Assembly (NCBI GenBank): GCA_963836755.1
Contig: CAWIKF010000002.1
Location: 32,001 to 96,000 of the forward strand
DNA: 64,000 nt
Direction: 5' to 3'
DNA from: an uncultured Verrucomicrobiae bacterium
Lineage (GTDB): Bacteria; Verrucomicrobiota; Verrucomicrobiia; Chthoniobacterales; Chthoniobacteraceae
Positions 19,186 through 28,615 of this stretch are shown piece by piece. The first letter of the stretch is position 1. Each line of letters begins with the position of its first letter. The notes beneath the pieces were generated by a model. The model was given only the letters and a program-made list of their open reading frames with translations, had not been told where the DNA came from and did not search any database. The translations under genes and the position numbers were made by a program.

Positions 19186-22100
19186 TCAACTGCAGCCCTG
19201 GCTCGTCCCGCATTCGGTGCAACATCCGCACGCCCCGGCGCGGATCACCTTGTTGCTCCCACAGTTTGAGCAGGTCACATCCATGAACATCGTGCCGAGC
19301 GCCACACTCACCCGCTCGGCGTGCGTATCGGCGTGGCCATTCGAGGAAACTTGCGGCGAGCCTTCGCTATTCGCCGTGTTTAAAAAGACGTCGATGATTT
19401 CCTTTTCCGCAGTTCTCGAGAGATCGGCCACGGGCCTGTTCAGCGCCTTTTTCTCCATCTCGGTGATACCTTTCATCGGCAAATCCGGCTGCGCGGCGTG
19501 CGGCGCGGTCGCTTCTTTGTAGCCCTTGATGAACTGGCAGGCGAGCCAGCGGAAGACGTAATCGGTGATGCTCGTCGCATTCCGGATGTCGGGGTTCCGC
19601 GTGAAGCCGCTCGGCTCGAAGCGCTGGTAGGCAAACTTTTTCACGAGGCTCTCCAGCGGCACGCCGTATTGCAGCGCCATTGAAGTCAAAGTCGCCACGG
19701 TATCCATGAGACCGCCAATGGTGCTGCCTTCCTTCGACATTTGGATGAAAAGCTCGCCCGGCTGGCCGTCCTCATACAAGCCGACCGTAATGTAGCCTTC
19801 GTGACCGGCGATTTCGAATTTATGCGTCAAAGACAGGCGCGTGTCCGGCATCCGATGGCGCAGCGGCTGGTTAACTTTGCCGCGCAAGGTTTCGAGCTCA
19901 GTGTTTAGCTGGATGATCCGCGCCTCGAGCTCCTCCTTGGAGGAAATTTCGGCCTCGATCTCGCCCGCGGCACCCATGTCCTTCGTCTTTTTGACGTTGA
20001 GAGGCGCGCTTCGCTTCGACCCGTCGCGGTAGATGGCGATGGCTTTGAGCCCGAGCTTCCAACCCTCGATGTAAGTGTTCACGATATCGTCCACCGAGGC
20101 GTGCTCGGGCAGGTTGACGGTCTTCGAGATTGCGCCGCTGAGGAACGGCTGCGCTGCCGCCATCATCCGGATGTGACCTCTGTAATGCAAACTGCGGCGT
20201 CCTTTGTGCGGTTTGAAGGCGCAATCAAACACGGGCAAATGTTCGGGCTTCAATCCGCTCTGTATCATCCGCGGACCTGAGGATTCGGCTTCAAATGTTA
20301 AATCTTGCGATCCCAACATTGAGTCTTTGGATCCAGACATTGGATCTTTGGATCCCAATTTTGAACCTGGAGATCCCGAGATCGAACCTCCGGATCGCGA
20401 TGCCGAGCCTAGCGATCCCGATGCCGAGCCTGTGGATCCCAATGCCGAGGTATCGGATCGCGATGTTGAGCCTGCCGATCCCGAGATTGAGGCTTGGGAT
20501 TCGTCGATGACATCTTCAATCGTGTCGTGCTCGTTAATATGAGAGATGATCCGCTCAATCTCTTCCTGGGTGTAACCAAGGTTCTCCAGCGCGGGCCGGA
20601 CGGTCTGGTTGACGATCTTTAACATGCCGCCGCCGGCCAGCAGCTTGTATTTTACGAGCGCAATGTCGGGCTCGATGCCGGTGGTGTCGCAATCCATCAG
20701 GAATCCGATCGTGCCGGTCGGGGCGAGGACGGTGACTTGCGCGTTCCGGTAGCCGTGCTCGCGGCCGAGCGCCGCCGTTTCGTCCCAAATGCGCTGCGCT
20801 TCCTCTTTTAAATAACCAAACTTTGCCGACGGATGAATGGTCTCGACGGCGGCGCGATGCCGCTCGATGACCTCGAGCATCGGCTCGACATTATCCGGCG
20901 CGAGGGGCGTCTCGACGCCGCTGGCGCGTGCGTCGCGGAAGCCGGGGAAGGCGCCCATGAATTGCGCCATGAACGCGCTTTGCCGGTAGGCTTCGCCGTG
21001 CATGATCGCGGTGATGGCGCCGGCGAGCGCGCGGCCCTCGTCGCTGTCGTAGCCGAGGCCGTAGCTCATGATGAGCGCGCCAAGGTTTGCGTAGCCGAGG
21101 CCGAGGGTGCGGAAGATGTGGGAATTTTCCGCGATTTCCTTGATCGGATAGCTGGCGTTATCGACGATGATTTCCTGTGCGGTGATGAAAAGTCGCACGG
21201 CCGCCTTGAAGCGTTCGATGTCGAAGCTGCCGTCGGCTTTTTTGAACTTCAGGAGGTTGAGCGACGCAAGATTGCACGCGGTGTTGTCGAGGAAAAGGTA
21301 TTCGCTGCACGGGTTGGTCGAATTTTGACGCGCAGTGCCTTTGCAGGTGTGCCATTTGTGAATGGTCGTGTCGAATTGCATGCCCGGGTCGCCGCAAATG
21401 TGCGTCCCCTCGGCAATCATGCGCAGCAACCCGCGCGCATCTTTTTTCTCGCACGGCTTGCCGTCCGTCACGCGGCGTGTCCACCATTCGCGGCCCTCGA
21501 TCGCGGCCTCCATGAACTCGTCGCTCGCGCGAACGCTGAGATTTTCGTTTTGATACATGATCGAGCCGTATGCGTCGCCGTTGTAGCTGCCGTCATAACC
21601 CTGCTCGATGAGTGCCCAGGCCTTCTTTTCCTCGTTGGTCTTCGCCCGGATGAATTCCTCGATGTCCGGATGCCAGTCTTTGAGGGTGTTCATCTTCGCT
21701 GCGCGCCGGGTTTTGCCGCCACTTTTGACGACGTTGGCCACTTGGTCGTAAACTTTGAGGAAGGAAAGCGGCCCGCTGGGCTTGCCCCCCCCGCTCAACT
21801 TTTCCCGCGTGCTGCGCAGCGACGAAAGATCGGTGCCCGTGCCGCTGCCATATTTAAACAGCATCGCCTCGCTCTTCGCGAGCCGCATGATGTCCTCCAT
21901 CGTGTCGCCCACGCTCTGGATGAAGCATGCGCTGCCCTGCGGATATTCGTATTGGGTCGGCGCCCGTTCCGCCTGGCCCGTGCCGTGGTTGTAGTAATAG
22001 TTCCCTTCGCCCGCGTCCTTGCCGATCCCATATTCGTGATGGAGCCCAACGTTAAACCATACGGGAGAATTGAATGCGCCATGCTGGTTTACGCATAGCC

Positions 22101-22515
22101 AGGTCAGCTCGTCGTAGAAACGTTCGGCATCTTCACTGCTCGCGAAGTATCCGTCCTTCACGCCGCAGTCGGTGATCGTCCGCGTCACGCGATGCACGAG
22201 TTGCCGGACAGAGTTTTCGCGTCCGCCCTTGTAGGGATCGGTGCCATTTGCGATGTCGCCGTAGAAATATTTCGAGACCGCGATCTTTGTCGCGAGCGCG
22301 CTCCAGCTTTTGGGCACCTCGATATTTTCTTGTTTGAAAATCGATTTTCCGCCGTCGTCGGTGATTTCGGCGGTGCGATTTTCCCATTCGATTTGTGCAA
22401 AAGGCGAGACGGTTTCGTTGCTGAAAACACGTTCGACCTTCAATCCCTGTCCTTGGCGGGACGGGGCATTGACCTTCAGGCGGTCGGCGCTAACGCCGGA
22501 TTTTAATTTGATCAT
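19186..22515 (-). CDS. nrdJ: Vitamin B12-dependent (class II) ribonucleotide reductase
   Basis: FNSPVWFN, SACFI, TNPCSE, CNLAS and APTGT motifs, TSCPD-type C-terminal region and terminal Cys cluster (C..CG...C..CGTSQGCS). Contains an in-frame repeat insertion. Confidence 0.95.
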   Translation of the reverse strand: MIKLKSGVSADRLKVNAPSRQGQGLKVERVFSNETVSPFAQIEWENRTAEITDDGGKSIFKQENIEVPKSWSALATKIAVSKYFYGDIANGTDPYKGGRENSVRQLVHRVTRTITDCGVKDGYFASSEDAERFYDELTWLCVNQHGAFNSPVWFNVGLHHEYGIGKDAGEGNYYYNHGTGQAERAPTQYEYPQGSACFIQSVGDTMEDIMRLAKSEAMLFKYGSGTGTDLSSLRSTREKLSGGGKPSGPLSFLKVYDQVANVVKSGGKTRRAAKMNTLKDWHPDIEEFIRAKTNEEKKAWALIEQGYDGSYNGDAYGSIMYQNENLSVRASDEFMEAAIEGREWWTRRVTDGKPCEKKDARGLLRMIAEGTHICGDPGMQFDTTIHKWHTCKGTARQNSTNPCSEYLFLDNTACNLASLNLLKFKKADGSFDIERFKAAVRLFITAQEIIVDNASYPIKEIAENSHIFRTLGLGYANLGALIMSYGLGYDSDEGRALAGAITAIMHGEAYRQSAFMAQFMGAFPGFRDARASGVETPLAPDNVEPMLEVIERHRAAVETIHPSAKFGYLKEEAQRIWDETAALGREHGYRNAQVTVLAPTGTIGFLMDCDTTGIEPDIALVKYKLLAGGGMLKIVNQTVRPALENLGYTQEEIERIISHINEHDTIEDVIDESQASISGSAGSTSRSDTSALGSTGSASGSLGSASRSGGSISGSPGSKLGSKDPMSGSKDSMLGSQDLTFEAESSGPRMIQSGLKPEHLPVFDCAFKPHKGRRSLHYRGHIRMMAAAQPFLSGAISKTVNLPEHASVDDIVNTYIEGWKLGLKAIAIYRDGSKRSAPLNVKKTKDMGAAGEIEAEISSKEELEARIIQLNTELETLRGKVNQPLRHRMPDTRLSLTHKFEIAGHEGYITVGLYEDGQPGELFIQMSKEGSTIGGLMDTVATLTSMALQYGVPLESLVKKFAYQRFEPSGFTRNPDIRNATSITDYVFRWLACQFIKGYKEATAPHAAQPDLPMKGITEMEKKALNRPVADLSRTAEKEIIDVFLNTANSEGSPQVSSNGHADTHAERVSVALGTMFMDVTCSNCGSNKVIRAGACGCCTECGTSQGCS
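20281..20503. repeat. 21-bp degenerate tandem array (~10 units) inserted in frame in nrdJ, bounded by 7-bp direct repeats GGATTCG
   Basis: GATC at 20309, 20330, 20351, 20372, 20393, 20414, 20435, 20456 and 20477; GGATTCG at 20281-20287 and 20497-20503, 216 bp apart. Confidence 0.9.
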
Positions 22516-22598
22516 GGCAATGTCTTTAAAGTTTGACTGGGCGGCTGCGAATAAGCTGCCAATAGCTTGTGGATTGCCGGTGAATTCCCAGCCAATAA

Positions 22599-22645
22599 CC
22601 ACACTATATCGGCAACGCGATGACCTTAACCACAATATGTGGTGG
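22599..22645. promoter_or_regulatory. Tandem NrdR boxes upstream of nrdJ
   Basis: CCACACTATATCGGCA (22599-22614) and CCACAATATGTGGTGG (22630-22645), 31 bp apart, match acaCwAtATaTwGtg. Confidence 0.8.
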
Positions 22646-22743
22646 GACAAGAAAAATCGAGCGGCGGATTAAAATACCTGTGGAACGAAGGAAAACAGTG
22701 CGTTCCAGCCCGACGAAAACCCCGCCGACGAGCGGAAAAGCCG

Positions 22744-23331
22744 CTAATTCGACGCGAGACGCGAGCGAAGAAATGCCGTTTCCTGCGCGAGAGCGCGATG
22801 GATGGAAAGATTAGAAACGTCGATTTGAACACCAACGTTCACCATGTTAAACAGCTGCACAACATCGCGCGAACGCATGCGAATGCAGCCATAGCTCGCG
22901 GGCCGGCCGATGAGGCGCTCCACCGGCGTGCCATGAATGTAAATGCTGCGCTCGTATGCGTGGCTGTTGCGCGCTTCCAAGCCGCGCAGCCAAAGGATCC
23001 GCGTGACAATCGGATCGCGGCCCGTCGCATTCGGGCGCAAAATTTCGCCGGTAAAATGCCGGCATTTGAAAACCGCGCCGAGCGGCGCGCCGTCGCCGAT
23101 TTTTGCGGCGACTTCCAATTTACCGATCGGCGTCGCGTAGCTGCCGAAGCGATCTCCCAAGCCGTAGCGCGAGGTCGAAACCGGATATTGCGCAATCAGC
23201 ATTCCATTTTCCATCACCGCGATCTTTTGGTCGGGCACGCTCACGATCACGGACCGATCGAGCTCGACGGCGCGCGCGGAAAACGTCGCGGAAAACGCCA
23301 GCAAAGCAGTGAGAATTTTGTGGAATCGCAT
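22744..23331 (-). CDS. L,D-transpeptidase (YkuD family)
   Basis: Signal peptide; IYIHGT...ASYGCIRM catalytic motif. Confidence 0.9.
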   Translation of the reverse strand: MRFHKILTALLAFSATFSARAVELDRSVIVSVPDQKIAVMENGMLIAQYPVSTSRYGLGDRFGSYATPIGKLEVAAKIGDGAPLGAVFKCRHFTGEILRPNATGRDPIVTRILWLRGLEARNSHAYERSIYIHGTPVERLIGRPASYGCIRMRSRDVVQLFNMVNVGVQIDVSNLSIHRALAQETAFLRSRLASN

Positions 23332-23376
23332 GACGTGCTTTTCCCAAGCACGACGCATGCCGGCGCTCTGCGCGAA

Positions 23377-24894
23377 TTATGCCGGAACGGCTTCTTCTTC
23401 CTCGGGCGCGCTTTCGGCCTCAACGAAACGCGGCATCCACTGCACCATCGACGAGAGCGCGACGTAGGCGAAGCCGCCTTGGAACATCAGCAAAAACGGC
23501 AGCGAGAGCCATTGGCCGGTGAAAATCGCGTCCAATAAAATTCCCGTGAAATAGATTGCAAAGGCGAGTTCGATGAGCGGCACCGCGGATTTGATCGAGG
23601 CGTATTTCGTGGAGCGCCACGTCTGAGATTTGTTTTCGATGCCGTATTTTGGCGTGCGCGTAAAACCGGTGGAATGATTGAAAAGCGCCTCCAAAACGGC
23701 CTTCGCGTTATTGATCGCCAGGCCGACTCCGAGCCCGAGCAACAGCGGCAGCAGCAAAATTTCCTTCCACCAAGTCTTCGGATAAAGTTCGCGTTGCGCG
23801 CAGATGTAAAACACCGCGACCGACAGCGACGCGGCGCAAAAAATAGGGATGTCGAGCAACACCGTGCGCCAGATGCCGTCGCCAAGACCGCCCGTGGACG
23901 GATGCAAAAGGACACAGAGAAACACGAGAAGCAGATAGGCAAAGTTTGACGTCAGATGCGCCGTCGCCTCGATTTTGATTGGCAGTGAAAGTTTGCTGCG
24001 CCAGACCGCGGGAAGAATTTTTTTGCAAGTTTGGATCGAGCCTTTCGTCCACCGATGCTGCTGCGATTTGAAGCCGTTGATTTCGACAGGCAATTCAGCG
24101 GGCGTGACAAGGTCGGCAAGGAAAACGAAGCGCCAGCCCTTGAGCTGCGCGCGATAGCTGAGATCAAGGTCTTCCGTCAATGTGTCGTGTTGCCAGCCGC
24201 CCGACGAGGCGATGCACGAGCGGCGCCAAAGTCCGGCCGTTCCGTTGAAATTAAAAAAGCGTCCGCTACGGCTGCGCGCCGTCTGTTCGAGGAGCAGATG
24301 TCCGTCGAGAAACATCGCCTGCACGCGCGTGAGCAATGAATACGTGCGATTGATGTGCCCCCAACGCGACTGGATCATCCCGATCTGCGGATCGGTGAAA
24401 AAGTGAACCGTCTTTTGTAGAAGATCGGGCGACGGGACGAAATCCGCATCGAGGATCAAGACGTATTCGCCTTTGCACGTCTCGAGCCCGGCTTCGAGCG
24501 CACCGGCCTTGAAACCGTTCCGATCGACGCGATGGACGTGCTCGATATCAAAGCCCCGTGCCTCCATCTCGCTGACCAATCCCGCGCTGATCTCGCGCGT
24601 TTCATCCGTGGAATCGTCGAGGACTTGGATTTGTAAAAGTTCTCGCGGATAATCGAGCGCCGCGACAGATTTTAGCAACCGCTCGACGACGTAGAGTTCG
24701 TTGAAAATCGGCAACTGCACGGTCACGCGAGGCAGTTTCGCGAAAGTCCCCGCCGGCCGGGGGACGTTATTTTTATGCTTCAGGAAAAGATAAACGATGC
24801 AATATCGGTGCAGTCCATAAACCGAAAGGCCCACGAGCACAACGAGATAGCAAATTGTCCAAATTATGTGAGCGGGGCTTCCTTCCGTAGTCAT
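23377..24894 (-). CDS. Processive GT2 glycosyltransferase (cellulose synthase-like)
   Basis: QLPIFNE, DDSTD, KAGAL, DAD, TED and QQHRW (QxxRW) motifs plus TM helices. Confidence 0.9.
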   Translation of the reverse strand: MTTEGSPAHIIWTICYLVVLVGLSVYGLHRYCIVYLFLKHKNNVPRPAGTFAKLPRVTVQLPIFNELYVVERLLKSVAALDYPRELLQIQVLDDSTDETREISAGLVSEMEARGFDIEHVHRVDRNGFKAGALEAGLETCKGEYVLILDADFVPSPDLLQKTVHFFTDPQIGMIQSRWGHINRTYSLLTRVQAMFLDGHLLLEQTARSRSGRFFNFNGTAGLWRRSCIASSGGWQHDTLTEDLDLSYRAQLKGWRFVFLADLVTPAELPVEINGFKSQQHRWTKGSIQTCKKILPAVWRSKLSLPIKIEATAHLTSNFAYLLLVFLCVLLHPSTGGLGDGIWRTVLLDIPIFCAASLSVAVFYICAQRELYPKTWWKEILLLPLLLGLGVGLAINNAKAVLEALFNHSTGFTRTPKYGIENKSQTWRSTKYASIKSAVPLIELAFAIYFTGILLDAIFTGQWLSLPFLLMFQGGFAYVALSSMVQWMPRFVEAESAPEEEEAVPA

Positions 24895-25084
24895 TTTAAA
24901 TCAATTACCGGCACCTTCGTGTCCGATTTGCGCGGCATAATGCCCCGTTTCCGGGTTCGGTCAAGTGCTATCTCGACCTTCGAACCGGCGGCGTTCATCC
25001 CCGCCGATACGCATCTGCGACCCAAACAAGCCGCAAATACAAACCCGCAAGCGCAGTTCGACACGCCCCCTGCGATTTAACGTT

Positions 25085-27526
25085 GTGCATCACCCTTTGC
25101 TGAAACGGCGCTTCAAACCGCTCGACATATCGATCGCCGTTTTCCTCGCCGGCTGCGTGCCATCGATTTTGATGGCGCTCGTCTCGTATTCCATTCTCTC
25201 GGGCACGCTCGATAACAAAATCGTTTTCGACCGCCACACGCTCGCCGAGTCGCTCGCGAGCTTGATCGATTCCGACATCCGGCGCACGGCGGACGTGGTT
25301 GAGTATTACCAAAATCTTCCGCTCACGCAGAATATGGTGCTGCGGCCTTATGGTGACGCAGCCGTGCAGGACTGGCTCGTCGACGCGTTCTACGCGCACC
25401 CGCAGATCGATGGGATGTTCGTCACCGATGCGGCGGGAAAATTGATCGCATCCATCCCGGCGACGCTCGATTCGCCCGGCCGGGATTTTTCCTCGAAAAG
25501 CTGGCTCGCGCAGGCTGCGAAAAAAGATGGCGCTTTTATTTCCGGCCTCGAGCGACGCGTGCCCGACGGCCGGCCGGCGACGATCATCGCCGCGGCCATC
25601 CGGAAGCGCAGCGGCGAGATCATCGGCTTCGTCGGCGCCAACGTTCTCGTGGAGCGGCTCGGCAAGCGACTCTCGGCGCTCGATTACGGCGAGCAATCGC
25701 GCCCGCAAGTCATCGATCAATCCGGTGTTCCATTTTTTGGCGCGGATTTTCGCGCCAATGACGGCTCTAGAAAAGCGGATGCCGATCTGCTGACCGCGCT
25801 CAGCAAATGCCCCGCCCACCATTTAATGCACGGCGACGATTTCATCACCTTCGCCAAGCTTGACACGATCGGATGGACCGCGACTCTCACGCAGCCGGCC
25901 GCCGTTGCCTACAAACCGGAGCACGATTTGATCGCGAAAGCGACGGTCATCGAGGCATGGTTCATCATCGGCTCCATCGCCGCGGCGTGGATCGTGAGCC
26001 GGCTCTACACGCAGCAATTTGAGGCGAACGAGCGCGTCGCGCGCGAGACGTTTTTCAACGAAAAAATCCTCGCGAACATGCCGGTCGGCATTGCCCTGAT
26101 CGATCCGACCTCGCAGAAAATTTTGCAAGCAAATCAAAGTTTCGTCGAAATGGCGCAAACGTTTGGCGGCGTCGGCGCCGCGCGTGAAATCACCGACCTC
26201 ACTTTTCCAGATATCAAACTGGGCGCGGAAACGATGCTGCCGAACGTCGTCGAAACCGGCGCGCCATTTCTCGCGCGCGAGCAAAGAGTGGCCGGCTCGG
26301 ATGGCCGCGAACATTTTCTGACGATCAACTTGCTGCGGCTCCAGGACGCCGAGCTGCACACGCACGGCATTTTGTTTTTGATCGAGGACAACACGACCGA
26401 CATCACCATTCGCAAGGAACTGATCGCCGCGAACACGGCGAAGGATCAATTCCTCGCGCTGCTTTCGCACGAGCTGCGCAACCCGCTCTCGCCCGTGATC
26501 ACGATGGTGCACGAGCTGGAAAAAATTTCCGAAGGCGACGAGCGCATCAGCAATTCGCTCGAAGTCATCCGCCGCAACGTAGAGCTCGAGGCGCGGCTCA
26601 TCGACGACCTGCTCGACATCACGCGCATCGCGCACGGCAAGCTCCAGCTCACGCCCGAAGTCGTCAACGCGCACCGCTCAGTCCATCGCGCGCTCGAGAT
26701 TTGCCAGCACGACATCGAGCTGAAAAAACTCGAGACCGAAGTGCGGCTCGAAGCGCGCGAGCATTTCGTCAAAGCCGATCCGGCGCGGTTTCAGCAGGCG
26801 CTTTGGAACCTCATCAAGAATGCCGTCAAATTTACCGAGCACGGCAAAATCACGATCACCTCGCGCAACACCGCGGACCGCCGTCTCGTCATCGAAGTGC
26901 GCGACACTGGCATCGGAATCGAGCCGGAAAGATTGCGAAAAATTTTCAACGCATTCGAGCAGGGCGAAAGCTCCATCACGCGGAGATTCGGCGGCCTCGG
27001 TCTCGGCCTGGCGATTTCGAAGGCGATGATCGAGGCGCACGGCGGCAAACTCACAGCTTCGAGCGCCGGTGCCGGACTCGGCTCCACTTTTTGCATCGAG
27101 GTCGGCACCGTCGACGGCGCGAGCACTCCCGACACGGTCAATAAAACGCCGACGCTCGCCGGCAACACTTTGCAGCACAAAATTTTACTGGTGGACGACC
27201 ACGAGGACACCTGCCTCGGCATGAAGCTGCTGCTCGAGCGGCGAGGCTATCGCGTGCAAATCGCACACACGATCGGCAAGGCGCTCGAGCTCGCCGAACG
27301 CGAAAAATTTGAGCTGCTCATCAGCGACCTCGGCCTGCCCGACGGCACCGGTTTCGATTTGATGGAGAAGCTGCGCGGGCAAGGTTTGCGCGGCATCGCG
27401 CTGAGCGGCTTCGGGATGGAAAGCGACATCGAGCGCTCGCGCGAAGCCGGTTTTTCCGAGCACATGATCAAGCCGATCAATCTCGAGCGGCTCGATTCGA
27501 TTTTGAAAAAAGTCTTCAGCGAATGA
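25085..27526 (+). CDS. Hybrid sensor histidine kinase (Cache, PAS, HisKA, HATPase, REC)
   Basis: SHELRNPL, NLIKNAVKF, DTGIG and GLGLGL motifs and a C-terminal receiver (VDDHED...SDLGLP...KP). Start is approximate. Confidence 0.92.
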   Translation: MHHPLLKRRFKPLDISIAVFLAGCVPSILMALVSYSILSGTLDNKIVFDRHTLAESLASLIDSDIRRTADVVEYYQNLPLTQNMVLRPYGDAAVQDWLVDAFYAHPQIDGMFVTDAAGKLIASIPATLDSPGRDFSSKSWLAQAAKKDGAFISGLERRVPDGRPATIIAAAIRKRSGEIIGFVGANVLVERLGKRLSALDYGEQSRPQVIDQSGVPFFGADFRANDGSRKADADLLTALSKCPAHHLMHGDDFITFAKLDTIGWTATLTQPAAVAYKPEHDLIAKATVIEAWFIIGSIAAAWIVSRLYTQQFEANERVARETFFNEKILANMPVGIALIDPTSQKILQANQSFVEMAQTFGGVGAAREITDLTFPDIKLGAETMLPNVVETGAPFLAREQRVAGSDGREHFLTINLLRLQDAELHTHGILFLIEDNTTDITIRKELIAANTAKDQFLALLSHELRNPLSPVITMVHELEKISEGDERISNSLEVIRRNVELEARLIDDLLDITRIAHGKLQLTPEVVNAHRSVHRALEICQHDIELKKLETEVRLEAREHFVKADPARFQQALWNLIKNAVKFTEHGKITITSRNTADRRLVIEVRDTGIGIEPERLRKIFNAFEQGESSITRRFGGLGLGLAISKAMIEAHGGKLTASSAGAGLGSTFCIEVGTVDGASTPDTVNKTPTLAGNTLQHKILLVDDHEDTCLGMKLLLERRGYRVQIAHTIGKALELAEREKFELLISDLGLPDGTGFDLMEKLRGQGLRGIALSGFGMESDIERSREAGFSEHMIKPINLERLDSILKKVFSE

Positions 27527-28539
27527 CCGCGCGCCTGAAGTGGGGCTTGCTCGGCACCGGCGCGATCGCGCGAAAGTTTGCGCAAGGTTTGCATCAAAGT
27601 CGCACTGGCGAACTCGCGGCAATCGGCAGCCGCACGCGCGAATCCGCGGAAAAGTTTGCTGCCGATTTTCCGGCTACGGCGCATGGAAGTTACGAAGCGC
27701 TGCTGGCCGATCCGCAGGTGGACATTGTTTACATTTCGACGCCGCATCCGCTGCACGCTCAATGGGCGATCGCGGCCGCGAGGGCCGGCAAACACATGCT
27801 TTGCGAGAAACCGCTGACGATGAATCACGCGGAAGCCGTGGCCGTGATTGATGCCGCGCGAGCGCATGATGTCTTCTTGATGGAGGCGTTTATGTATCGA
27901 TGTCATCCGCAAACCGCGCGGCTGGTGAAGCTGATTCGCGACGGCGCAATTGGCCGTCCGCGGCTTGTGCAGGCTCATTTCTCTTTTCGTGCGAACTTTA
28001 ATTCGCAGAGTCGCTTGTTTAACAAAACGTTGGGCGGCGGCGGCATTCTCGATGTCGGCTGCTACACCACTTCGATGGCGCGGTTGATCGCCGGTGCAAT
28101 GGACGGAGCGCCTTTTGCAGAGCCGATCGAGCTGAAAGGGGTCGGCGAGATCGGCCGCGAAAGTGGCGTTGATGAATTCGCGATCGCAACTCTGAAATTT
28201 CACAACGGCCTGCTCGCGCAGCTCGCCGCGGGGGTGCGCGTGAAACTGGAAAATGGCGTGCGCATTTTTGGCGACGACGGCGAAATTTTTGTCCCGTCGC
28301 CGTGGATGGCGAATGGGCCGGAGGCGGGTGAGACGAAAATCGTCGCGCGAAAAAATGGCGCAGATGCTGAGGAAATTTTGATCCGCACGGATGCCGGAAT
28401 TTACGCAGTCGAGGCCGATCATGTGGCCGCGCACCTCGATTCACGCGAGACGCTGGCGATGTCATGGGAGGATTCCTTAGGAAACATGCGGACGCTCGAT
28501 CGATGGCTCACTGAAGTCGGCGTCGTTTACAACGCTTGA
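27523..28539 (+). CDS. Gfo/Idh/MocA family oxidoreductase
   Basis: GTGAIA, CEKP, MEAFMYR and [11 protein letters not shown] motifs. Confidence 0.92.
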   Translation: MTARLKWGLLGTGAIARKFAQGLHQSRTGELAAIGSRTRESAEKFAADFPATAHGSYEALLADPQVDIVYISTPHPLHAQWAIAAARAGKHMLCEKPLTMNHAEAVAVIDAARAHDVFLMEAFMYRCHPQTARLVKLIRDGAIGRPRLVQAHFSFRANFNSQSRLFNKTLGGGGILDVGCYTTSMARLIAGAMDGAPFAEPIELKGVGEIGRESGVDEFAIATLKFHNGLLAQLAAGVRVKLENGVRIFGDDGEIFVPSPWMANGPEAGETKIVARKNGADAEEILIRTDAGIYAVEADHVAAHLDSRETLAMSWEDSLGNMRTLDRWLTEVGVVYNA

Positions 28540-28615
28540 AAAGCTCGGCGCGGATTCAGGCACGCACTTCCGCAGTGCCGCACGAAGAAGTGCCGGAAAC
28601 TCAAAAAAACAAAAG

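Noticed and set aside
20281..20503. Intein or self-splicing intron in nrdJ
   Set aside because: No intein terminal residues or endonuclease motifs; the insert is only 72 codons, in frame and purely repetitive.
20833..22098. Long antisense ORFs (for example opposite nrdJ, treZ, leuC and the kinase)
   Set aside because: Typical shadow ORFs of GC-rich coding strands, with no protein motifs.
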